Assembly: GCA_028706255.1 (NCBI GenBank)
Contig: JAQWBS010000001.1
Location: 199,411 to 263,410 of the forward strand
Length of the DNA: 64,000 nucleotides
Direction of reading: 5' to 3'
Source of the DNA: Alphaproteobacteria bacterium
Lineage (GTDB): Bacteria; Pseudomonadota; Alphaproteobacteria; RF32; CAG-239
The stretch's first letter is position 1; the number at the start of each line of letters is the position of its first letter. Both the position numbers and the translations under genes were made by a program. Positions 54,086-61,414 of this stretch are shown here, piece by piece. The notes under the pieces were generated by a model. The model was not told where the DNA came from. It was given only the letters and a program-made list of their open reading frames with translations, and searched no databases.

Positions 54086-55874
54086 TTTTTTTCTTCTCAG
54101 CTTTTTTTGTTCTCAAAACGTTTTTTCTGCCTCCTCTGAGATTGTCATCTCTGACCACATCTCCATGTATGGCGACCATAAATATAAAACAGGTTTCAAA
54201 AATTTTGACTATATCAACCCTCATGCGCCCAAAGGTGGAAGAATTGTTCTGCCCGCATATGGCGGATTCGATAACTTCAACCCCTTCATCTTGAAAGGCA
54301 TTGCACCAAGCGAAATTTTCCTAACCCTTGACACATTGGGTTATACCCCTCTTGATGACGAAACAACGGTTTATCCGTTAATTGCTAAGCAATTTGAACT
54401 TCCAAAAGATAAATCTTTTGTCGGCTTCATTCTGAATGAAAAAGCAAAATTTTCTAACGGAACAAAGATTACCGCAGACGATATCGTCTTCACTTACAAC
54501 AACATCATCGAAAAAGGCTCCCCGCTTTACAGGGTTTATTATGCCGATATTGACCATGTAGAAAAAATTTCTGACCACCATGTTCGCTTCATCTATAAAG
54601 AAGAAGGCAAAAACAATCGTGAACTACCACTAATCTTGTCAGGACTTCCCGTTTATTCAAAAAAGGACTGGAAAGAAAAAGACTTCGCTAAAACATATCT
54701 TTCAGCACCGCTTGGAAGCGGACCATACCTCTTGCAAAGGTTTGAAGCAGGGAAATATCTCATCTTTAAAAGAAACCCTAATTATTGGGCAAAAGACCTT
54801 CCAAGTCGTAAAGGATTTTATAATTTTGATGAAATCAGATATGACTATTATCAAGACACAACCGTCACTCTTCAAGCACTATTTTCTGGAAATATTGACG
54901 CCAGAGAAGAATATATTGCTAAAAACTGGGCAACAGCCTATGACAACGACATCGTCAACGGTGGCAAAATCATAAAAGCTGAACTTTTACATAACAATGC
55001 AGCCACCTTACAAAATTTTGCTTTCAATATTAGAAGAGACAAATTCAAAGATAAAAAAGTTCGCCAAGCCATCAATCTTGCCTTTAATTTTGACTGGGCA
55101 AATGAGAATTTATTCTATAACCAATATCAAAGATTATATAGCTATTTCACCAATTCAGGTATGGAAGCAACAGGGTTACCACAAGGGAAAGAACTCAAAA
55201 TTTTGAAAAAATATCAAACAAAACTGGACCCCGAAATTTTCACCAAAGAACCAAGTTTACCAAGACATAAAAATTTTGAGGAAACCAGAGAAACCCTTCG
55301 CCAAGCAGTAACCCTTCTTAATCACGCGGGATATGACTTTGTTGACGGCAAAATGACTTTTCTGCAAACAGGAACGCCTTTAAGAATTGAAATCTTAAGC
55401 AATAGTGTGAACGGAAGTGTCTTTACCAGAGTGATGTTACCATTCATTGAAAATCTTAGAAAAATTGGCATCGAAGCAACCTTTAGAAATTTAGAAATGA
55501 ATGTGTTCAAAAATCGCTTAGATACATTTGATTATGACATGGTCATTCTCTCTTTTCCGGTCAGCAGAACCCCAGGGAACGAACAAAGGGAATATTGGGG
55601 AAGCAAAAATGCCAACACCAAGGGGAGCTACAACAAAATTGGCATTCAAAATGAAATTGTTGATGAACTCATCACAAAGGTTATTCAAGCACAGACCAAA
55701 GAAGATTATGTTGCCTCCGTTAAAGCTTTAGACAGAGTTCTTTTAAACGAACAATATATGATTTTTCAATGGTATTCCCCAAGTAGGAAAGTTGCTTATT
55801 GGAACAAGTTTGACCGTAAGAAAACAGAAACAAAAACAGGCTATGATATCAACACTTGGTGGATAAAAGAGTAA
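54063..55874 (+). CDS. yejA: ABC transporter periplasmic substrate-binding protein, family 5 (YejA-like, peptide/microcin C type)
   Basis: Start taken at the ATG giving MKKIIRNSFFLLSFFCSQNVFSASS (signal peptide). About 600 aa of SBP_bac_5-like sequence follows. The yejB-type permease lies downstream. Confidence 0.82.
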   Translation: MKKIIRNSFFLLSFFCSQNVFSASSEIVISDHISMYGDHKYKTGFKNFDYINPHAPKGGRIVLPAYGGFDNFNPFILKGIAPSEIFLTLDTLGYTPLDDETTVYPLIAKQFELPKDKSFVGFILNEKAKFSNGTKITADDIVFTYNNIIEKGSPLYRVYYADIDHVEKISDHHVRFIYKEEGKNNRELPLILSGLPVYSKKDWKEKDFAKTYLSAPLGSGPYLLQRFEAGKYLIFKRNPNYWAKDLPSRKGFYNFDEIRYDYYQDTTVTLQALFSGNIDAREEYIAKNWATAYDNDIVNGGKIIKAELLHNNAATLQNFAFNIRRDKFKDKKVRQAINLAFNFDWANENLFYNQYQRLYSYFTNSGMEATGLPQGKELKILKKYQTKLDPEIFTKEPSLPRHKNFEETRETLRQAVTLLNHAGYDFVDGKMTFLQTGTPLRIEILSNSVNGSVFTRVMLPFIENLRKIGIEATFRNLEMNVFKNRLDTFDYDMVILSFPVSRTPGNEQREYWGSKNANTKGSYNKIGIQNEIVDELITKVIQAQTKEDYVASVKALDRVLLNEQYMIFQWYSPSRKVAYWNKFDRKKTETKTGYDINTWWIKE

Positions 55875-55880
55875 GACTTC

Positions 55881-56498
55881 ATGGAAAAAAGAATTGGATT
55901 TATTGGTGATAGTGTCACAGCAGGCTATTGTGACGAAACAGGAGCCGGCTGGGCGGGAAGACTTAGTCAAAAAATCGGCACAAATTATCCAAACAAATAT
56001 TTCTTTTATAATCTTTCTGAGGGTGGCGACAGAATTTGTGACGCTTACCATCATGTTTGCTCTGAAGTTGTCAAAAAAGACACTGATATTCTTATCATTG
56101 CCATTGGAATCAATGACATTGTTCATCGTAGCTCACCAGATGAACAATGTGACCTCTCTGAATTCTTAAGAAAAAAATATTGGCAAAAGCTTTTTGAAAT
56201 CACTAAAAAATTAAAAATTAAAACCGTTGTTTTAGATATCCTACCTGTCATTGAAGAAGAAGCTATTTATGACGACGAACCATCGCTTTATAACTTTAAT
56301 GAAGATGTAAAAAAATACAACCAAATTCTTAAAGAACTATGCCAACAAAATGGAGCATCTTTTATTGAAAGGTTTGAGCTCTGGGAAACAAGAAATCTTG
56401 AAAATCTTTATGTTGATACCGTTCACCCCGCGGGCACGGCTCACCAATTAATTGCTGATGAGGTTTATGAAGGACTGCTAAAAAATAAAATTCTTTAA
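55881..56498 (+). CDS. SGNH/GDSL-family hydrolase
   Basis: 205 aa. All four blocks are present: GDSVTAGY (I), SEGGD (II), GINDIV (III) and DTVHP (V, DxxH). It starts 6 nt after the yejA stop. Confidence 0.82.
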   Translation: MEKRIGFIGDSVTAGYCDETGAGWAGRLSQKIGTNYPNKYFFYNLSEGGDRICDAYHHVCSEVVKKDTDILIIAIGINDIVHRSSPDEQCDLSEFLRKKYWQKLFEITKKLKIKTVVLDILPVIEEEAIYDDEPSLYNFNEDVKKYNQILKELCQQNGASFIERFELWETRNLENLYVDTVHPAGTAHQLIADEVYEGLLKNKIL

Positions 56499-56540
56499 TT
56501 CCACCAAAAACCTCTAGTTTCAACCAAAATAGAAGGCAGA

Positions 56541-56682
56541 TTGAGAATCTCTTTTGCACTTTTACCCCCCTTTTTAAACAATGAAAACCCTTTTTTTAAC
56601 TTTGAGAAACGCTTTTGCACTTTAAGAATCTCTCCATAAACTTTGACAATCCCTTTAAAAACATTGACAATCTCATTAAAAA
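56541..56682 (+). repeat. cluster of direct repeats in the SGNH-higA spacer
   Basis: TTGAGAATCTCTTTTGCACTTT (56541-) and TTGAGAAACGCTTTTGCACTTT (56602-) are 61 bp apart. TTTGACAATCCCTTTAAAAAC (56642-) and ATTGACAATCTCATTAAAAAC (56662-) are in tandem. There are four CCCTTT(T)nAAA motifs (56568, 56588, 56651, 56767). Confidence 0.7.
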
Positions 56683-56692
56683 CAATAAGAAT

Positions 56693-56737
56693 ATTGTATA
56701 TCGAATGTCGACAATCGACATACGATATAAATACAAT
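56693..56737. promoter_or_regulatory. long imperfect palindrome, candidate operator of the HigA-type HTH protein
   Basis: ATTGTATATCGAATGTCGA-CAA-TCGACATACGATATAAATACAAT. The core is a 13-bp inverted repeat TATCGAATGTCGA / TCGACATACGATA with one mismatch. It lies 80 nt upstream of higA and downstream of two TTGACA motifs (56643, 56664). Confidence 0.5.
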
Positions 56738-56816
56738 ACAAATATAATGTAAACAATAAATAAAAGCCCTTTTTAAAGACAGTCTTCTAAAACAACCTTA
56801 AACCAGAGGAACCCAA

Positions 56817-57098
56817 ATGCAAAACAAAGCGCTTAGCGAACTAAAAAACTTAATGGAAGAATATGAAATTAATCTTTCACAACTGGCTCTCGGCATAAAA
56901 GTTCAAGCAATAAGAATTTCTGAAATTTTAAACAACAAGCGTCGCATCACTGCGGACTCAGACCTCAGACTCTGCAAATTTTTTAAGCTCAAAGAAGGTT
57001 ATTTCCTAAACTTACAAACAACATATGATTTAGCCTTAACAAAAGAAAAAATTGCCGATAAACTCAAAGAAATTAAACCATTCATTAAAATAGGCTAA
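56817..57098 (+). CDS. higA: HigA/VapI-type XRE-family HTH protein (antitoxin-like, no cognate toxin gene seen)
   Basis: 93 aa. [55 protein letters not shown] matches the HigA pattern (LA..lgV....is.i.ngkr.it.d.AlrL...f..s...Wl.lQ..yDL). Its stop is 1 nt before the yejB ATG. Confidence 0.8.
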   Translation: MQNKALSELKNLMEEYEINLSQLALGIKVQAIRISEILNNKRRITADSDLRLCKFFKLKEGYFLNLQTTYDLALTKEKIADKLKEIKPFIKIG

Positions 57099-57099
57099 C

Positions 57100-58170
57100 A
57101 TGAGAAATTATATTATAAAAAGATTGCTTCTGATTCCGCTGACTTTGTTGGGCATTATGACAATTAATTTCTTCATCATTCAGCTTGCCCCTGGTGGACC
57201 TGTTGAGCACATTATGGCGAAAATGGAAGGAATCAACACAGACGCCACCGCACAAATCACTGGTTCTGCACAAATGAATATGGAAAAGAACTCATCTTAT
57301 CAAGGTTCTCAAGGGCTTTCTGATGACATTCGCCTTGAGCTTGAAAAACAGTTTGGCTTTGACAAACCCATTCACCAACGCTATTTCAAAATGATAAAAG
57401 ACTATGCGATGTTTGATTTTGGCAAAAGCTATTATAAAGATAAAACAGTCATTGATTTAATCACTGAAAGAATGCCAGTTTCAATTTCTTTAGGGCTTTG
57501 GTCGACACTTATCATTTACTTAATCGCCATTCCACTTGGCATTAAAAAGGCCGTAAATGATGGCTCAAAAATGGATATTTGGAGCTCTTTTACAATCATC
57601 TTGGGTTCAGCTATTCCTGTTTTCCTTTTTGCCGTTTTTTTGATTGTCTTTTTTGCAGGCGGAACATATTTCCAATGGTTTCCTCTACGAGGATTGACTT
57701 CTGACAATTTTGCCGAACTTTCCACTCTAGGAAAAATCAAAGACTATTTCTGGCACATTACCTTACCTGTGCTCACCATGGTTATTGGAGGATTTGCCAG
57801 TTTAACAATTTTAACAAAGAACTCTTTTCTCGATGAAATTAATAAGCAATATGTTCTGACGGCAAAAGCCAAAGGATTAACTCAAAAACAAGTGCTTTAT
57901 GGTCATGTGTTTAGAAATGCGATGCTCATCGTAATTGCTGGATTCCCTTCTCTTTTAATCAAAATGCTATTCACTGGAGCACTTTTGGTTGAGATTGTCT
58001 TTTCCTTAAACGGACTTGGTCTTCTAGGCTATGAGGCAATTATGAGCCGTGACTATCCGATTATTTTTGGAAGTCTATATATCTTTGCTTTGCTTGGTTT
58101 AATTCTAAAACTCATCAGTGACATCACTTATAGCCTTGTCGACCCAAGAATAAATTTTGAAAAAATGTAG
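57100..58170 (+). CDS. yejB: ABC transporter permease, YejB type
   Basis: 356 aa. The N-terminus [41 protein letters not shown] is characteristic of YejB. A BPD_transp_1 core is present. Confidence 0.87.
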   Translation: MRNYIIKRLLLIPLTLLGIMTINFFIIQLAPGGPVEHIMAKMEGINTDATAQITGSAQMNMEKNSSYQGSQGLSDDIRLELEKQFGFDKPIHQRYFKMIKDYAMFDFGKSYYKDKTVIDLITERMPVSISLGLWSTLIIYLIAIPLGIKKAVNDGSKMDIWSSFTIILGSAIPVFLFAVFLIVFFAGGTYFQWFPLRGLTSDNFAELSTLGKIKDYFWHITLPVLTMVIGGFASLTILTKNSFLDEINKQYVLTAKAKGLTQKQVLYGHVFRNAMLIVIAGFPSLLIKMLFTGALLVEIVFSLNGLGLLGYEAIMSRDYPIIFGSLYIFALLGLILKLISDITYSLVDPRINFEKM

Positions 58171-58176
58171 TTAACC

Positions 58177-58212
58177 AAAAAAGAGTGTTCATTTCTGAAC
58201 ACTCTTTTTTAA
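58177..58212. terminator. bidirectional rho-independent terminator
   Basis: AAAAAA-AGAGTGTTCA-TTTC-TGAACACTCT-TTTTTT, a perfect 10-bp stem between yejB and rplI. Confidence 0.88.
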
Positions 58213-58265
58213 TTCCTAAAATTTAGAGAATTAGATTAGTACAAAGTAATAATCAATTATAAATT

Positions 58266-58751
58266 TTATTCCTTATTGAAGGCTTTTTCTTGACGTCTAG
58301 CTTCTTCTTCAGTTCTTGCAACATTGATATATACCTTCTGTGCAACTTCTGGGTGAAGTTTTACGTCAATTTCATAAACGCCCAAATCTTTAATTGGCTT
58401 ATTAAGCTCAACTTGGTTACGTTCAATGTCAAACCCTGCGCCTTTAATAAGAGCAGCAACGTCACGCATTGTAACTGAACCATAAAGTTGACCTGTTTCA
58501 GCAGCTTGACGAATCAAAACAGCACTGAAACCTTTCAAAGATTCACATTTAGTTTTTGCATCTTCAAGCAATTTAGCATTATGAGCTTCTAATTCAGATT
58601 TTTTCTTTTCATAGAAAGCAACATTAGCTTCAGTTGCACGGAGAGCTTTTTTGAACGGAAGCAAAAAGTTACGAGCAAAGCCGTCTTTAACAACAACTTT
58701 GTCACCCATTTTGCCGAGTTTGTCTACATGTTCTAAAAGAATGATTTCCAT
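58266..58751 (-). CDS. rplI: 50S ribosomal protein L9
   Basis: Start taken at the internal ATG (complement of 58749-58751): MEIILLEHVDKLGKMGDKVVVKDGFARNFLLP. The longer track ORF would overlap rpsR. Confidence 0.94.
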   Translation of the reverse strand: MEIILLEHVDKLGKMGDKVVVKDGFARNFLLPFKKALRATEANVAFYEKKKSELEAHNAKLLEDAKTKCESLKGFSAVLIRQAAETGQLYGSVTMRDVAALIKGAGFDIERNQVELNKPIKDLGVYEIDVKLHPEVAQKVYINVARTEEEARRQEKAFNKE

Positions 58752-58767
58752 ATTAATATCCCCTTTC

Positions 58768-58992
58768 CTAACCTGCAAACGGAAGAAGAGCTATAGCGCG
58801 AGCACGTTTAATTGCACGAGCTAGTTCCCTTTGCTTCTTCGCAGAAACTGCTGTAATACGACTTGGGATGATCTTACCTTTTTCAGAAACATATCTGGAA
58901 AGGAGTTTAACATCTTTATAGTCGATTTTCAAAGCATCTTCACCTGAGAACGGGCAAAGTTTTTTCTTCTTAAAAAATGATTGTTTAGCCAT
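58768..58992 (-). CDS. rpsR: 30S ribosomal protein S18
   Basis: 74 aa. Has CPFSGE...[25 protein letters not shown] and [11 protein letters not shown]. Confidence 0.96.
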   Translation of the reverse strand: MAKQSFFKKKKLCPFSGEDALKIDYKDVKLLSRYVSEKGKIIPSRITAVSAKKQRELARAIKRARAIALLPFAG

Positions 58993-59003
58993 TACCTTTC
59001 CCC

Positions 59004-59333
59004 TTATTCTTCAGATTCTTTTGAAGAAGATGTAATTTCTTTTCCGAATTCTTCAACTTTAATTGTCATGAAACGGATAACATCTTCATTTAGTTTAAGC
59101 AATCTTTGATATTCCGCGACAGCAACAGCAGGCGCAGTGATATTTAGAAGAGTGTAATAACCTTTACGGTTTTTTTTGATACGATAGGCAAGGTTTTTAA
59201 GGCCCCAGCTATCGACTCTAACAACTTGACCACCATTCTTAGCAATTGAGTCGCTCAAAGATGAAACGATTTCGCTTACTTGAGTTGGTGTCAAATCTTG
59301 ACGTGTGATAAGCACACTTTCGTAATTTGCCAT
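59004..59333 (-). CDS. rpsF: 30S ribosomal protein S6
   Basis: 109 aa. Has [13 protein letters not shown] and [18 protein letters not shown]. Confidence 0.94.
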   Translation of the reverse strand: MANYESVLITRQDLTPTQVSEIVSSLSDSIAKNGGQVVRVDSWGLKNLAYRIKKNRKGYYTLLNITAPAVAVAEYQRLLKLNEDVIRFMTIKVEEFGKEITSSSKESEE

Positions 59334-59433
59334 AAAATATCTCCTTATGGATTCTCAACAATAGGCTTATAACGAGATAAGCCCGACTAATTTGTATAGC
59401 CGAAACAAATTTGCCTCGGCAAGGAACGGTGTG
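59334..59433 (-). promoter_or_regulatory. structured 5' leader of the rpsF-rpsR-rplI operon (possible S6:S18 autoregulatory leader)
   Basis: The minus-strand transcript contains two hairpins: GCCGAGGCAAATTTGTTTCGGC and GGCTTAT-CTCGTT-ATAAGCC. Then AAGGAG lies 8 nt before the ATG. Confidence 0.35.
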
Positions 59434-59461
59434 AATATACTCTAAAACTTTAATATTGCAA
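59434..59461 (-). promoter_or_regulatory. candidate sigma70-type promoter of the rpsF operon
   Basis: On the minus strand: TTGCAA (59456-59461), a 16-nt spacer, then TATATT (59434-59439). Confidence 0.45.
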
Positions 59462-59544
59462 GCATTTATTTGCTTAAAAATCTAACTATTTTTTAATATT
59501 TCTTCTGTAAATTGAGAGGAGATATATATAAGGAATTGTCACAA

Positions 59545-59874
59545 ATGATTAAAAACAACTTTTTTTTCATGTTTTTTCTTGCATTTTTAGTAACAGCATG
59601 CGGGTCAAACAGCCTAAAAAACGAGGGAAGCCACATTCAAACTTATGCAAATGCGGTTGATGTCATCACGCTTCAAGAGCTGAACACCAGAGCTTTGGTC
59701 AATTGTTATCGTAGTAGTTATCAATCTGCTGAAACTTGTGCTGAGATTTTTGAACAGAAGGGATATGTTCGCTTAAAAGACATTCCGCATAAACCAGCAA
59801 AGTTTGATAATCTGAAACAAAACACATACCCAACAAGACGCTGGAGAGAAGGAGAAGGGTTTTCAAGGTGGTAA
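59545..59874 (+). CDS. hypothetical small lipoprotein
   Basis: ATG at 59545 preceded by AAGGA. MIKNNFFFMFFLAFLVTAC has a lipobox. The track start at 59512 is a TTG. Confidence 0.55.
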   Translation: MIKNNFFFMFFLAFLVTACGSNSLKNEGSHIQTYANAVDVITLQELNTRALVNCYRSSYQSAETCAEIFEQKGYVRLKDIPHKPAKFDNLKQNTYPTRRWREGEGFSRW

Positions 59875-59877
59875 AAA

Positions 59878-61395
59878 ATGCTGGCAAAAATTAATACAGT
59901 TGCCTTCAACGGGCTTGATATTTTGGATGTAGATTTACAAATCCAAATATCCTCTGGTTTGCCCGCTTTTACAATTGTCGGATTGCCTGACAAAACCGTT
60001 GCCGAGAGCAAAGAAAGAGTGAGAGCTGCTTTGAATTCTTTGAGCTTGAGCCTCCCAGCCAAAAGAATAACCATCAATCTCGCACCTGCAGATTTACTCA
60101 AAGAAGGTTCTCATTTCGACTTGCCAATTGCGTTAGGCATTTTAATAGGCATGAAGATTGTGCCACAAGAAGAAATCAATAACTATGTTATTCTTGGGGA
60201 ACTTGGACTTGACGGCAAGATTTCGCCAATCAATGGTGTTCTTCCTGTTGCAATGAAAGCAAATAAGAAAAACCTTGGTTTGGTTTGCCCACAAAAAAAT
60301 GGTAGTGAAGCCGTTTGGTCAGGATTAAAAGATATTGTCGCCGCAGATAGCTTACTTTCTCTCATTAATCATTTCAAGGGTTTGCAATCAATTCCTTATC
60401 CAAAAGCCTTGAAAGATGATGAACAAAAAAACTTTCTTGATATGAGCGATGTTAAAGGGCAAGAAACCGCCAAAAGAGCCTTAGAAATTGCTGCTGCTGG
60501 CGCACATAATATGCTTATGGTTGGACCTCCAGGGTCAGGAAAATCAATGCTTGCCTCAAGATTAATTTCCATTCTTCCACCCATGAGTTCTGAAGAAGCC
60601 TTGGAAACGAGCATCATTCATTCCGTTGCTGGAAAACTTAAAGAAGGAAAAATTAATTTCACTCGTCCTTATCAAGCCCCACATCATAATGCCTCAACCC
60701 CAGCTCTTGTTGGAGGGGGTAGAAAAGCTGAACCTGGAGAAATTTCTCTGGCACATAATGGCGTGCTTTTCTTAGATGAACTTCCTGAATTTAATCGTCC
60801 AACTTTGGAAGCCCTAAGACAACCTTTGGAAAATGGCTATGTTTCCATTTCCAGAGTCTCTGCACACACCACATACCCTGCAAAGTTTCAATTAATCGCC
60901 GCAATGAACCCCTGTCGCTGTGGCAATTTAGGCAATCAAGACCTTGAATGTTCCAGAGCTCCAAAATGTGCTGAAGAATATCAAGCAAAAATTTCTGGCC
61001 CGCTCATGGATAGAATTGACATTCAAATTGATGTCCCTGCTGTTAGCCCATGGGATATTGCTGATGTAAAAAAAGGCGAAACCTCTGCTGAAATTTTGCA
61101 AAGAGTTATCAAAGCTCGCAACATTCAGAAAAAAAGATTTGAAGATTTTGGCATTCAAAACCTAAGAACCAATGCCGAACTCAAAGGCGACTTATTGGAA
61201 AAAGCAACTGAAATGGATGAAAAAGCAAAAGAATTGTTGATTAATGCTGCAAATAAGATGAATTTATCAGCAAGAGCCTATCATCGAACCCTTCGTTTAG
61301 CACGCACAATTGCAGACTTGCAAAATGAAACAAAACTCATTAAGATACACATAGCTGAAGCACTGTCCTACCGTAGAACAGTGCCCTCTATATAA
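59878..61395 (+). CDS. YifB/ComM-family Mg-chelatase-like AAA+ ATPase
   Basis: 505 aa. Has an N-terminal Lon-protease-like domain, P-loop MVGPPGSGKSM, GVLFLDELPEF and a C-terminal helical domain. Confidence 0.9.
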   Translation: MLAKINTVAFNGLDILDVDLQIQISSGLPAFTIVGLPDKTVAESKERVRAALNSLSLSLPAKRITINLAPADLLKEGSHFDLPIALGILIGMKIVPQEEINNYVILGELGLDGKISPINGVLPVAMKANKKNLGLVCPQKNGSEAVWSGLKDIVAADSLLSLINHFKGLQSIPYPKALKDDEQKNFLDMSDVKGQETAKRALEIAAAGAHNMLMVGPPGSGKSMLASRLISILPPMSSEEALETSIIHSVAGKLKEGKINFTRPYQAPHHNASTPALVGGGRKAEPGEISLAHNGVLFLDELPEFNRPTLEALRQPLENGYVSISRVSAHTTYPAKFQLIAAMNPCRCGNLGNQDLECSRAPKCAEEYQAKISGPLMDRIDIQIDVPAVSPWDIADVKKGETSAEILQRVIKARNIQKKRFEDFGIQNLRTNAELKGDLLEKATEMDEKAKELLINAANKMNLSARAYHRTLRLARTIADLQNETKLIKIHIAEALSYRRTVPSI

Positions 61396-61414
61396 CACTC
61401 GGGAGACAAACCTT

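Noticed and set aside
56499-56816. Search for a HigB (RelE-like) toxin gene or pseudogene upstream of the HigA-type gene.
   Set aside because: No ORF of useful length in any frame and no HigB-like peptide fragments that I could recognise by eye. I left it as toxin not detected rather than calling a pseudogene.
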